From the NCBI RefSeq assembly GCF_036321535.1, contig NC_087437.1:72604001-72668000 (forward strand): a stretch of 64,000 nucleotides of DNA, read 5' to 3'. The stretch is from Camelus dromedarius (taxonomy: Eukaryota). The notes beneath the pieces are model-generated. The model was not told where the DNA came from and did no database searches. It worked only from the letters and a program-made list of their open reading frames with translations. Each line of letters starts with the position of its first letter. The first letter of the stretch is position 1. Positions 11,235-24,731 of the stretch are shown in pieces. The position numbers and the translations under genes were made by a program.

Positions 11235-13199
11235 GTGAGTACAGACTTCCCAATTGGAAGCAGAGGAGATGGGTAGGGCAGAAAGAGAAAAAGGGATCTG
11301 CTCTTGGGAGAAGGCAATTGGGTAAGGGACTAATGAGAATGAAGTGCCTACTATGTGCCAGACACCATGTTCAATTCCTTGTAGGTTGGCTTTCTCCTCA
11401 GAATCATAGTGAGCAGCTCGTAGAGAACAGCTGGAACGCAGAAGGACTTTATCAAGGGAGGTCTGTGCAGTACACTACCACCTAAGAAATGGGACAGCTT
11501 TCTGGGGCATGGAGGGGATGCTCTCCTGAGCTCTTAATGCCCCACAGAGTGCTCAAAGACATCACCACACTTTTAGTTGCTATTAAAGTTCTATTAAATA
11601 AATAGCAAGCTCCTTGATACCATAGACCTTGGCTGGTGCACACTCTCTGCAACAGGTAAGCAGAGGTCATTGAAATTGGTAGAGAACTTGGCCTTTCTTG
11701 ACCTCAGTTTCCTCATTTTTAATGGAAATAATAACACCATAGCTACATTGGAGGGTTCTAGTGTGTGTGTGATACATAGTAAAGTTCAATAATTAGAAGA
11801 TACTATTTTTTGGACCATCATCTTCATTAACATCAAAGCAGCCATTGTAAAAGTTAGTATTACCCAAAACAGGGGAATTTCTCAAGTATGAAGCGAACTG
11901 GTCTAGACAGAATGAGCTAGCGTAGCGGGTGGAGGGCAGGAATCTATACAGGATTGTGTTTGTTGTCCCAGAGCTCAGCTCATGTCACTGGGAGCTAAGA
12001 CACAGAATCCAAAATGCCACCTGCCAAAAGGAAGATTGGCAAACCCACAGGATGTATCCTAGACCTCATGAGGGTCAGTGTTGTCTGAGACTTCTCCCCA
12101 GATCCTCACGGCGGTTTGTCAGACTGCAAATCTAGCATTCCTCTATATAAACCCCTATTTTTATGTCTAGATGTGAGACCCTTATTCATCTTCGAATTTC
12201 TGTTTCCTAGCATCATTTCTGGCATACAGTTGGCTTTCAATAAGTGCTGGATGAATGATTGGAATCATAAATAATAACTGTCTTGAAAAATAAAACAAAA
12301 TCCCGATATGATGTGACTGTGAAAGTTATGATTGGTGTCACAATTGTAATTTTGCTTCTTAGAACTTTGGTATGAGGTGAAGGATTGTGACACTAATACA
12401 TGTTAGTTGTAAAAGAAACTGGAAAATACATAAAGTATTAACAAGAAAATAAAATAAACTGGGGAGTCACAGTTATAGCTACTGATACCATTAGGAGCAC
12501 TAGCTTTATTTTACTGTTTTGTGTTTATCAGCCACTTGTATTCCTTCCTTTGTGAAGAGCCAGTACTATCTTTCGCCCATTTTTGCTTTGGATTTTGGTC
12601 TTATTGATAAAAGAGTTGTTTGTCTTATTGGTAGTAAGAGCTATTTGTACTTTGAAAAAAGTAGTCCTTTCTCTTAAATATCATGAAAAATATTTTTCCA
12701 TTCTGCGTGTCTTGTGCCTCCCAGAATTTTTGGTTTTTTCTTATCATATTTTAAGCATAATTGAATTAGCTCTTGAAAGCTTTATGATTTCTGCCAATTT
12801 ATGCTTAAAATTCTTTTCCCATCCCAAGATAAGACAAATCCACAACATAATTTTTATGGTTTTATTGCTTTACATTTAGCACCATACATTCAAATGTGGT
12901 GTCAGATAAAAATATATATTTCTTCCACATTGTTAATCCGTTGGCTCAGCGTCTTCATTTCTATGCTGATTTAAATTGTCTCCCTTTATATATTCAAAAG
13001 TCTTATATTTACTGGGATCTGATTTTTAACTTCACCCCTGCCACCTGGTTATCATCCAACTAGCATCCCCACCCCAACCATGTCTCTCCAGATCAAATTT
13101 GTTACAAAAACCCAGGCAATTCCCCCCATCAGGCAGAATGGCACCTACCCCTTCCTGAGAGGTGCTCCGAGTCTTAGAGAAGGAAGGCAACTGCCAGAA

Positions 13200-13340
13200 G
13201 CAAACTCAGCTCCCCCACCTACTTGTCCTCAGACAAGTCGTCTAACTTTTTAAACCTCAGTTTCTTCAACGGTAAGAAGTAGAATCATAATATCTACCTC
13301 ATAGATTTATTCTGGGATTAAATGAAATATAGCATAGAAA
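13200..13340 (+). mobile_element. MIR remnant
   Basis: gacaagtc..ctaac...aaacctcagtttcttcaacggtaaga...ataatatctacctcatag...gggattaaatga. Confidence 0.65.
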
Positions 13341-14004
13341 CTGTACGTTATTTACTTCTAGTAAGTAATATGTATAGTAAGCAGTATTGATGTATAATAG
13401 TGAGTATTTATAGTGTGTGTGCATATATACTTAGTAAGTACATGGTAAGTTGTGTGTCATTTTTAGTTTCTTTTTGTCTATACCCTAGACTCCCCACAAA
13501 TAAAAAGATAGTTATACAAAAATCCAACTCAAACAATGAACCAATTCGTTTTCTTTATTTAATTCTTCCCCTTTTGTCCCATGTTCTCTGCTTTGGTGCT
13601 TTTGTGAAAATAGCAATTCACATGAGACAAGGCCAGTACCCTTCCCCATTCCTGTGCACAGTCCCTGAAACTGCGCCAGGCAGATGGCCTTTTCTAGGCA
13701 TTAATGTTCTCAGGGTCATCAGCGAGGATTCCTGGACGTTTGGGAACAAATGGTTTACAACTGATTGTAGATGGCGGTTGCTGGAGAACGTTGAGGGGCT
13801 GTTGCTATGGAAATGAAGAAAAGGTCAAATCAAGGACAGACTGAGGATAGATCGAGGGCACGTTAAGAGGTGGGAGAGCAAGAAGGAGAAGCCGAGGCAG
13901 TTTGGGGGTTCCGCATGAGCAGCAGAAATGAGGGCAGTTGGAAAACTTACAACGAGAGGTGGAAAAGGAAAGACTTGGCTGGTTCCCTGTGTGTGGAGTT
14001 CTAG

Positions 14005-14073
14005 GTGGCACCAGAACACTCAAGAGCTACCCTGGAATCTGAGGAATCAAAGCCACCAGCAGAGAACATCCAG
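14005..14073 (+). CDS. GCSAM: GCSAM coding exon 2: WHQNTQELPWNLRNQSHQQRTS(R)
   Basis: ttctag| acceptor, CAG|GTGAGC donor; 69 nt, phase 2-2; similar to human QQNTQEMPWNVRMQSPKQRTSR as recalled. Confidence 0.93.
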
Positions 14074-15764
14074 GTGAGCGCAAATCCAACAAAACTTCCC
14101 CCAGCCTTTGCCCATGACGAGTGAAGTCTGTCGGGTCCTGGAATCGCACACCCTGCAACAGAGGACCCTGCTCAGACCAGACCTAGCAGAGGTCGTAATG
14201 ATAGTAAATGTGAAGACAAGACAAAAGAGTAAAACACTTTGAACCTTTGGGCAGGAGATGTGCCATTTTGCTAGGAACCTAGTGCAACCCCTGGCAACTG
14301 TAAATAAGGATCTGCTTTCTGCTTGTTTGTCTCAAGTACCTTTGTGCTCCAGCTCCATCCTGGCCATTTCACATTGAGTTCTAAGTTTCTATTTCTGAGG
14401 TAACCACATCCCCTACATGGCTACAACTGCTAAAAGGTTTGTGGAGAGAGGCGCTTGTGAATACCCTGATGCTATTCAACAAAACCTGCCCCATCAATCC
14501 TTTCTGACCAGGCTTTTTGAGTCCAGGAAATCACTACAATATGGAACAAGGGCCCCTGAATCCAAGAATACCAAAGACTGGCAAAGTCAGTTGTTCTGTA
14601 GCTTGAAGGGTTATGTGCACTTCCCCATGGTTTCAGGAGAAGTTCTTGAAAGAGCATCAATTAAAAAGTGACCACAGGGCCAAAGCCGGTGTTAGGAGCT
14701 GGGAACCTAGAGATCCTTCCCAGCAGAGTGCTTTTCTTCTGTGCAAACTAAGGATCATGCATTTGAGGGGTATTGGATGTATGTTAAGGTACTCAGTCCA
14801 AATGATGAAACAGACTGGGAGGGCATTATAACAAAAGAAGGACTGGGGAGACTGAGGGGCCAGGGAAGCTCTGTGTAAGAGACAGGAACCTGGAATTGCT
14901 GGTAACATAGTCTGCTGTCATAGAGAATCACCTGGCCTCCTTTATGGAGGTTGTCTGAACCTACCCTAGACCAAAACATCCAAATTGAAATGCAAGAATA
15001 TATTGCAGAAAGGTGGAGTGGAGGAAATAACCAGTTTAAAAATAGCTTTTGCCCATGTTTAACTTTGTTCGACCCTTACAACTCCATGAGGTAAGCAGCG
15101 TAGGAATCTTCATTTCGTACATAAACTGTGGCTCAGGGAGTCCAGAGGTATCAATCCAGTAACTCAAAATCATCTTTTATCTCACACCCATATCTGCTCA
15201 GAGAACCTAATTTCTTAACATTGTTGTGATTTAATAGTGTCCTCCTAGTGTTTTTTTAGCCACAGAAATAGGAAGTGTAAGCAAATGGGTTAAAGAAATC
15301 AGAATATAGTCTGAAGAGGAGAGAGAACCAGCCATGCCTCTCAGCCCCAAAGGCTCCAATGGCACACGGACCCCAGAGGCTGTCCGGGCACTCAGCCACG
15401 TTGGCACCCACAGCCAAGGTCACATGCCCCAGCCTCTCCTCCATTGTCCTCTCCAAGAGAACTTCCTGAAACAGCTCACTGGGGGAGATATTTCTGGATG
15501 GTGTTTTCCAAGCCTTTGTATATTGTGTTACTGGTACATGCAGTACTTTATAAAAGGCTTTCCTGTTCAACCGTGTAGGTAGTTAACTCTGTGTCAATTC
15601 AGAAAGATGCCCACAATGATACTTAGACTTCAGCCTAGGTGTCTGAATGCAGAGAGGTCCTGAGCCTTTCTGCCATTAAATCCTTTTTATATAGCTGTAC
15701 CTTGGGGTCAAGATGGTGGATATGATGATCTGAGCCGGTTAGAGTTGATCTGTTCAGGGCTACT

Positions 15765-15965
15765 CCTTCATTTATCAAATACTTACTGGAAAATGGCACA
15801 GGCTAGCGATATATACCATGATGAACAGATAAATATGGTTTCCCGACCTTGTGAAGCCCACATTCTAGTGTAGGATATAGACAAGTGAGCAGACATGGTA
15901 GTGTAAATAGGAGAAATTCAGATGCAGTGGAATCATGTAAATATTGCCTACCCAGTGCCTGGAAG
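15765..15965 (-). mobile_element. L2 3' remnant
   Basis: ttcatttatcaaatacttactg...gaacagataaatatggtttcccgaccttgtgaagcccacattctagtg. Confidence 0.55.
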
Positions 15966-16324
15966 AAACTTCTAAAACAAACATACCTTGATTTCCTGGA
16001 GATAACTCTTATGTGCCCTTCATCTCAAGATGAATAAATAACTGGAGTTGGGGGTGAACAAGCCTCTTTCTTTTGCTAGGAATACAGCAGAAAGTTCCTT
16101 CTCTGATTGAGAGTTGATAATGTCATCTTCGTCCTTCCAAAGGGCCAGTTTATGTCCTGGGAGGACAAAGGCATTCTAGTATGATAGACGCGTCCAAGTC
16201 ACCTAGAACAGATTTTCTCCTGGGGGAAAAAAGCTTTTTTCACAGAAATGAGAAAGGGAAGGGAGTCACCCTAACCAAGCTGCAGAAACTAAACTTGTGA
16301 TTTGTCACCTCTTGGGTATTTTAG

Positions 16325-16369
16325 ACGCTGGGACTGCCACTTCGCTGAAGGGTGTTTCTGCCTTCCGTG
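16325..16369 (+). CDS. GCSAM: GCSAM coding exon 3: RWDCHFAEGCFCLP(W)
   Basis: ttttag| acceptor, TG|GTGAGT donor; 45 nt; conserved AEGCFCLPW motif (C43/C45). Confidence 0.95.
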
Positions 16370-16707
16370 GTGAGTGGAGAACTGTCTTCCAGAGTTCTTT
16401 CCCCAACTGCGTGTAAGTTATCTGTGAACTCCCCTCTGTCTGTGACCACAGTGCTGCCTGTGACAGTAGAAGCCTCTCACTAACCCAGACACCATTGTCT
16501 GAGAGTCAGTCAGGGAAGCGATGCTCCAAGTTGGTAAGAAACAGGAACAGTAGTCTCATGAGTGGTACTCATTCTTCAAACGAGAAAGCCTCGGAAGCAA
16601 GGATGAAACTGGCTACCCATGGAGAGAAAGACCACTAATCACTTGCAGATCTCAGAGTCTGCCTTTAGGAAGCACGCATTTCTGTCCCTTGCACAGAGAA
16701 CATATAG

Positions 16708-16850
16708 CTAGGATGATTATATAATTCATTGTCCAAACTAGGAAACATTTGTGAGTGAAAAGGAGGCTAAAAATAATTAAGGGTCACCAAGTGATTGATA
16801 ACGACATTAACTAGACTGTCTGTGCCAACCAGGACACATGGTCATTCTCC
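16708..16850. mobile_element. hAT-Blackjack (MER81/MER94-like) DNA transposon remnant
   Basis: Imperfect terminal inverted repeats: taggatgattatat...gtccaaactagga and ccaggacacatggtcattct. Confidence 0.5.
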
Positions 16851-17379
16851 TTAGAGCAGATGTCGTCCTTGTCTCCTGAAATGACAACAGGTTTCCCTCA
16901 TATTTATACTGTGTTTTTTTCCGGGGGTCATCTCTATAGCGTAGTTACCTCTGTGCTCACATGGGGAGGGTGGCGGGTGCTTGCTTGGGTATCATAGATT
17001 GGGGTTGGGATTGGGATTGGATATAACAATACCTCCTTAACTCATTGCTATAAAATAAATTGATATTTTTATCAGAAAAAAAAATCCAAAAAAGTTACCC
17101 ATAACATCACTATAGTTCTCCGTCTATAAATCAATTCCGTATCAGCCTCAGAAAAAGGAGAAGGAAAGAGAAAGAGGGAGAGAAACACAAAGGAGTAGAT
17201 TTCTACTTGACCTTGTCTTTCATTTTTTCCTTTTTAATCTTCTTTTCTGTGCTCTAAGGGGTATCACAAAAGGCCTATAACTTTAACAAGTAGGTAAAAA
17301 TAAGTTTGTACAGTTGAGTGTCACGTCCTTGAGTTTCTGAATACTGGAGCAACCAATTGCCTTTCCTTTTCTTTTACAG

Positions 17380-17426
17380 GAAAAAAATGCACATTTTTAA
17401 AGCAAGACAAGATTCCCCAAAGCAAA
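17380..17426 (+). CDS. GCSAM: GCSAM coding exon 4: KKMHIFKARQDSPKQ(N)
   Basis: Strong polypyrimidine tract with ttacag|, donor A|GTAAGT; 47 nt, phase 2-1. Confidence 0.93.
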
Positions 17427-18304
17427 GTAAGTTATTGCTTTCACATCATTTTTACTTTTGACACTTTTATTTCCGAGCTGCCCCTTCCCTGTGCTCACAA
17501 AGGTCCTTGGGCATATTTTGTCTAGGATAATACTTAACACATTTTGCTGTAGTTTGTCTGATTGCATGTCTGTTTGGCCACTAGATTGGGAGCTCAGTGT
17601 GGGAGGAACTGGCTTGGTGATCTTTGTATCCTTCTGTTAGTCCCTGAGGCTGAAGGAGTTAAATGAGACAATAAAAGCAAAAGGTGGGGGTGTGAGGCAC
17701 CTATAAGAAACTGTGAGGAGGCCAGCGTGGACACAGGATGCACAGAGGAGGGGCAGAGCCTTAAAGTCAAGTTTAAGGTTGAAGTTTTTGTCTTGAGAAC
17801 CACAGGAGGTACTGAAGGGCTTTAAACAAGGGCCAAGTACGCTCACATTTGCATTAAAGACATCACCCTGTTTGCTGTGTGGAGAACAAATTGCAGTAGG
17901 GAGAGGCAAGAGCAGGGGCTGGAAGACCACTTAGGAGGCCGATGCCATGGTCTCTGGTGATGGAACAGGGCTGAAGTTAAGGAAAGGGAATTCGAAGGAG
18001 AGGGTGGTGAATAGAGCCGTAGGTAAGAGAGGAAACAAAGAAAGTACAGGCCTGCGGACAGGCCGCTGCATTTCTAAAGAAAAACAACTGAGTTTTGCCT
18101 GTGCCTTCTTAGGTTTAAAGAGGAGAGCCTTGTTTATGAACCCTGAATCTTAAAAACCAGCCATGTAGGCGTGTAAATAAATAATACAGCCCTCCCACCC
18201 GTAGTCATTTCACCCAGGGGAGTTGTGGGTGCCAGGAATCCCTGGTCTCCACCAGAGCAAAACATGGTGGAAATAAGGCCCCTAGTGCAGAAGCTCACAG
18301 AGCC

Positions 18305-21300
18305 TTTTCTTTTTTGAAATTTTATTGGTGTTATTGACTTGCAATGTTATGTTAGAGTGATTTGATATTTTATACGTTTCACAGTGATCACCACGGTAAG
18401 TCTAGCTACCAGCTGTCACCACACAGTCATTACTATACTAGTCACTGTATTCCCTGTTCTGTGCATTACGTCCCCGTGACTTGCTTATTTTATAACTGGA
18501 AGTTTGTACCTCTTAATCTGCTTCACCTATTTACTGATCCCTCCACCTCCTCCCCTCTGATAACCACCGGGTTGTTCTCTGTATGGGTCTGCTTATGTTT
18601 TGTTATTGTTTGTTCACTTTTTTTGTCCTTTAAGATTTCTGGGGTTTTTTTAAACTATTTTTTTAGAGCAGTTTCAGGTTCACAGAGAATAGAGCAGAAA
18701 ATACAGAGTTCACACATAGCCCTCCCCACACATATATACTGCCCTACCCTCAACATCCCTCATCAGTGTGGCATATTTTGTACAATCGATGAGCCAATGT
18801 GGATACATTGTTATCAACCAAAGTCAACAGTTTACATTAGGGTTCACTCTTGATGTTGTACATTCTATGGGCTTTGACAAATGCATAATGACATACAGCC
18901 ACCACTGTAGTGAATAATAATAATTATTATTATTTTTATGAATAATTTCATTGCCCTAAAAGTCCCTTGTGCTCCATCTATTCATTCCTCTCTCTCTCCC
19001 TCTCCCCAAACCCCTGGAAACCACGATGTTTTTATTGTTTCTGTAGCTGTGCTTTTCCAGAATGTCATTTGGTTGGAATTGTACAGTTTGTAGCCTTTTC
19101 AGACTGGCTTCTTTCATTTAGTAATATGTCTGTTAAGTTTCTTCCATGTCTTTCATGGCTTGATAGCTCATTTCTTTTTTTTTTAACTGCACATAGATTT
19201 TTTAATCTACATATATGTAACACTTATTGTTTCTAAGAGTTTTGTTTTTTAGATTCCACATGTAAGTGAAATCACATGGTATTTCTCTTTCTCTCTCTAA
19301 TTTATTTCACTTAGCATAATACCCTCTAGGTCCATCCATGTCATTACAAATAGCAAGATTTTATTCTTTTTCTGGCTGAGTAATATTTATTTGTATATAC
19401 ATATTCCACATCTTCTTCATCCATTCATCTGCCAAGGAACACTTAGGTTACTTCCCTATCTTGACTATTGTAAGTAATGCTGCAGTGAACACTGGGTTTC
19501 ATGTATCTTTTCAAATTAGAGTCTTTGTTTTCTTCAGATAAATACCCAGGAGTGGAATCCCTGGATCATATGGTAGTTATATTCTAAATTTTTTGAGGAA
19601 CCTCCATACTGTTTTCCATAGTGGCTGCACCAATTGACAATCCCACCAATAGTGCAAGAGGGTACCCTTTCTCCACATTTGTTATTTGTTGTCTTTTTGA
19701 TAAGGGCCAGTACAGCAGCCACTGTAGTAGCAGTACCATAGTGCTATAATAGTAATAGAGTTTGAAATCACGGAGTGTGATACCTCCAGCTTTGTTTTTC
19801 CTTCTCAAGATTGCCTTGGCTACTCTGCATCTTTTGTGGTTTTATACAAGCATTAGGATAATTTATTCTAGCTCTGTGAAAAATGCCATTGGTATTTTGA
19901 TAAGAATTGCATTGAATCTGTGGATTGCTTTGAGTGGTATGGACATTTTAATAATATTAATTCTTCCAAGCCATGGGCTTAGTATATCTTTCCATTTTGT
20001 GTGTGTGTGTTGTCCTCAATTTCTTTCATCTATGTCTTACAGTTTTCAGAGTACAAGTCTTTTACCTCCTGGGTGCGATTTATTCCTAGGTATTATATTC
20101 TTCTTGATACAGTTGTTTTCTTAATTTCTCTTTTTGATAGTTTACCATTAATATATAGAAATGTGTCAGATTTCTTTATATTAATTTTGTATCCTGCAAC
20201 TTTATGGAATTCATTTATTAATTCTAAGAGTTTTTTGGTGGTCTTTAGAGATATATATATAGTATTATGTCATTTGCAGAGAGTGATAATTTTACTTTTT
20301 CTCTTCTAATTTGCATGCCTTTTATCTCTTTTTCATGTTTGGTTGCTGGGCTAGGACTTGCAATATGAGGCTGAATGAAAGTGGTGAGGGTGGGCATCCT
20401 TGTCTTGTCTCTGATCTTAAAGGAAAAGAGGTCAGCTTTTTGTCATTGAGTAGGAGTTAGCTGTGGTTTGATGTGCATGGCCTTTATTATGTTGAGGTAC
20501 ATTTCCTCTATACCCAGTATGTTGAGAGTTTTTATCCTGAATGCATGTTAAATTTTGTCAAATGCTTTGTCTGCATCTATGGAGTTGATCGTATGATTTT
20601 TTAGCCTTCATTTGGTTAATGTGATGTATCACACTGATTGATTTGTGGATATTGAATTAATGGAATAAATCCCACTTGACCATGGTGTGTGATCTTTTTA
20701 ATGTATTATTGAATTTGGTTTGCTAACATTTTGTTGAGGATTTTTGTTCCATACTTTCACTTTCAGTCTGTGTCTGTCTTTAGATCTAAAGTGAGTCCCT
20801 TATAGGCAGTATATAGATGGGTCTTCTTCTATTTTTGTTGTTATCCATTCAGCCACCCTGTGTCTTTTGATTGGAGCGTTTAGTCCATTTACAACTAAAG
20901 TGATTATTGATAGGTATGCTGACTGCCATTTTGTTCATTGTTTTCTGATTGTTTTTATAGTTCTTCTCTGTTTCTTCTTCCCTTGTTTCTTTCTTTGTGG
21001 TTTGATTATTTTCTTTAGTGTGATGTTGAATTCCTTTCTATTTCTTTTCCGAGTCTCTGCTGTGGGACTTTGGTTGATGGCTACCATGAGATATATGTGT
21101 ATCTAAGTTTGTTTTAAGCTGATAGTTGCTGATGTTTGAATGCATTATAAAAGCACGACATTTTTACCTCCTACCACGTTTACATTTTTGACATCATATT
21201 TTACATTTTTACTCTGTGTATCCCTTAAATACTTACTGTAATTATAGTTGATTTTACTACTTTTGTTTCTTAACTTTCATATTAGTTATTTAAGTGGCTG

Positions 21301-22997
21301 ATTCACTGGCTTTAATATATATTTGCCTTTACCAGTGAGTTTTTTTTCTTTCATATACTTTCTTATTTCTAGTTGTGGTCTTTTCTTTTCTGCTTAAAGG
21401 AGACCCTTAAACCTTTCTTGTAGTGCCAGTTTAGTGTGATAAACTCCTTTAGTTTTTGCTTGTCTGAGAAATTTTCTCTCTCCTTTGGTTCTGAATAATA
21501 ACCTTGCTGGGTAGAGTATTCTTGGTTGTAAGATTTTTCCTTTCGGTGCTTTTATTCATGCCATTCCCCTCTGGCCTGCTAAGTTTCTGTTGAAAAGTCA
21601 TCTGACAGTCTTCTAGGGGCTCCCTGGTATGTGACTGGCTGCTTTTCTCTTGCTGCCTTTGAAATTCTCTCTTTAATTTTTGCCATTTTAATTATAATGT
21701 CTTGGTGTGGATCTCTTTGGGTCCATCTTTTTGGGGATTATTTGAGCTTCCTGGACCTGGATGTCTATTTCCTTCTTAAGATTAGGGAAGTTTTCAGCCT
21801 TTTTTTTTTTTTTTTAAATACATTTTCTGCCCCTTCCCTTCACTCTTGTCCTTCTGGGACTCCTATAATGTGAATGATAGTACTCTTGATTTTTTTTTTC
21901 AGAGGTCCCTTGAACAGTTCTTATTTTAAAAATACTTTTTTCTTTTTGCTGTTCTGATTGGGTGATTTCTGGTCTCCAGTCTTCCAGATCACTGATCTTT
22001 TCCTCTGTCGTCTAATCTGCTGTTGATTCCCTCTGGTGTATTTTTTATTTCAGTTATAGCATTCTTCAGCTCTGATTGATTCTTTCTTACATTTTCCAAG
22101 TTTGTTGAGGTTTTCACTGTGTTCCTTTAGTGTTCTCCCAAGTTAGGTCAGCATGTTTATGATTATTATTTTGAACTCTATCAGATAAATTTCTTACCTA
22201 TATTTTATTAGGATTTTTATCTGGTGGGGGGTTATCTTGAAAGCTTTTGGAACATTGCTCTGTCTCCTCATTTTGTTTGACTTTCTGTGTTTGTTTCTAT
22301 GAATTAGGCAAAACAGCTACCTCTCTCGGTCTGGAAGTCATGGCCTTATGTAAGTATGTCCTCTGAGTAGATTGTATGTGTTACGCAGCTTTGGTGGGAT
22401 GGCTGCAGCTGAGGTAGACTTGTGGGGGAAGCGGCGGGGTCCCAGGATGCACCTTTCTGGTGTTGCCTTCAGGGGACGGCTGGAGCTTCTATGGACATGG
22501 GGCACATAAGGGCAACGTTGGCAGGCTGGCCGCAGCACCTGGTCTGCGTTCCTACCTGTGCTACCAAGGTGGAAGGGGAATGCAAAAAACGGTGCTTTCC
22601 TGTGCCTTTGACCCTGAGGATTGTTCCAACTGTTCCCCGCCCATTTGGCAGGTGTTCCCGGGTTAGTAAATGGATTTCCTTCACATACTGTCTAGATGCA
22701 CTTTAAACTGCTGTTTTTATTACTGTGCCCCAGAAAGGATAAGTCTGTGCATGGGCATCCCAGTGGTCTCCCTCCCTCCTGCAGGTCACTGCATCAGGAA
22801 TAGGGTTCCCATCGATACCACGTCTCCATCTCCCCTACCCACCTCTGTGTAGTCCTTCTGGCATTTATTGTGCAGAAACTGTTCAATCAGCCTTCAGTTC
22901 TTCTTCAGAAGGAGTTTCTCTGTATGTAGGTATAGACTCAATGTGTCCATGGGAAGTGCTGAGGTTAGGGTCTTCCTATGCCACCATCTTGGACCCC
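18305..22997 (-). mobile_element. Antisense, internally deleted L1 with both termini, plus a nested L1 3' piece (~18650-19185), in GCSAM intron 4
   Basis: PolyT at ~18305; ORF2-derived peptides ([17 protein letters not shown] in ORF 19584..19808); ORF1 and 5' UTR-like sequence at 21400-22990, ending gccaccatcttgg, the typical antisense L1 5' terminus. Confidence 0.85.
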
Positions 22998-23800
22998 CAC
23001 AGGCCCTTCTCCTGTAGTGATAATCGTGGAGGTCCTAGATAGCCACAGGAATTTATGCAGATAGGAGAATCTGGAATGCCAGTGTTGAGGGAATCAACAT
23101 GTGGTAAGGTGGCACATCTGCCTCCCGCGTCGGGTAGTGCCCTGAAGCTTCCACATGGAAGTTCAGGCTTGCTTTTTGAGCTTGTGCCCTTGCCTCTTTG
23201 CTGAGTGGCCAGAGCCAGCTGGTTTTAAGTAAATTGGCCTGCTTATGCTTGTGCCTGCCAGCAGTTTCAAAAATGGGAACGTTCAATTAAAGAGTTTCCT
23301 CCTCTGTAAAGCTTTCGTTGCACAGCAGGTTCCACACTGCCATCATCCCTTGTCACCTACTAGAAATAGCAGCCGTCCTCTGCATTGTGGATCTCTCTTA
23401 GGTCCTTGTCTGCCTCCTCTGCTAACCTGTGAGCCCTTGAGGACAGGGACTATTTCTGATTCTTCTTTGTCTCCCCAGGGCTTGGTACAGAGGAGGTATG
23501 CAATACGTTTGGGGTAACGAAGGACAAGGAGGGGAAGGAGTGAGGAAGGGAGGGAAGTGTGATTTCCTGTCCAAAGATCTGTGAATGTGTTTCCCTCCAC
23601 CCAGCCTCTCAGCTCAGCGCTGGATGTTTCTTGTGCAGATAGCTTGTCACTCCCCAGCGATGTGTTGTAGATCAAGATAGCCTGATAAGAGCTACCCCCG
23701 CTGTTCCTTGGCTCTCTGCTTATATTTCCTTGCCCCACCTCCCCCCTCCCTGAAATCTCCCTAGGACCTGAAATTCATTAAGTGTATTTTCTTTCTCCAG

Positions 23801-23829
23801 ATGAAGAGACATCATCTGCTCCCACTCAG
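23801..23829 (+). CDS. GCSAM: GCSAM coding exon 5: (N)EETSSAPTQ
   Basis: ttttctttctccag| acceptor, CAG|GTAATG donor; 29 nt, phase 1-0. Confidence 0.9.
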
Positions 23830-24029
23830 GTAATGCAGACACCTCTGAGCCTTTTCCTTTTTCTGAGATGACAGTAGAAACGCAGGCACCTCAGACGGCA
23901 GGAGAAGGCTTCCAGGACGTCTGTGATGTTAATGTGAACCACTTTAGATGCCAGTGCTTGTGAGCCCAGGGGCACGTGCAGGGCCTGGAGGTGGAAGCAG
24001 TAGCCACCTCTGTTGCTCAGTTTATTGAA

Positions 24030-24275
24030 AGGAATGAATACTTATCGAGCATTTAGTTTATGCCAGGCGGTGGGCTGAGTGCTTGGCCTGAATCATCTCA
24101 TGTAACTGTCACAACAACCCTGTGAGATGGGGACTGTTATTTTCCTACCCATTTTACAGATGAAAAAACTAAGAGATTAAGTGATAGTCTCTCAAAGCCA
24201 GACAGCTGACAAGATGGCAAGGGCACGGTTCAGAAACGAGCCTCACTCCTAAATCTGTACTCTTTCCCCTGCGCT
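24030..24275 (-). mobile_element. MIR SINE
   Basis: acttatcgagcattt...atgccaggc...acaaccctgtgagatggg...cccattttacagatgaaaaaactaagag. Confidence 0.75.
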
Positions 24276-24731
24276 TTGCTGTTTGGCTGTTTATCTCCTG
24301 AGATTTCACCGAATGACACCTTCTCCTGACTGGTTTCCCTTTTCACTCATGCAAACATCTCTGGAATAGGTAGTTAAATATCATAACCCAAGCACTCTAA
24401 GGTGTCCTCAGATTGTTCTCTTATGAAAGAATGAGCTGCCTCAGGGTCTTTGCGGACTTTGGGAATTATATGGGGCGGTCAGGGGTCACTCTGGAGCCCG
24501 GGGCAGAGAGGACATGCCTGAGTGGGCTGAATTCTCTGAGCAGCATGAGGACTCTGGCTGCTTGGGCTAGTGGTTGGGGTGGGGGCAGTCATTTAGAAAA
24601 AATAGCCAAAAGATGGAGGGGAAGTGGCTGTGGAAGGGAGACTTTGCCCCAGGCTGAGCTGTGCTGAGACTGGAGTATAAAGGGAATGAGAAGAGGCCAA
24701 GTCTTGGTGATGGCTCTCCTTTGACCCGCAG

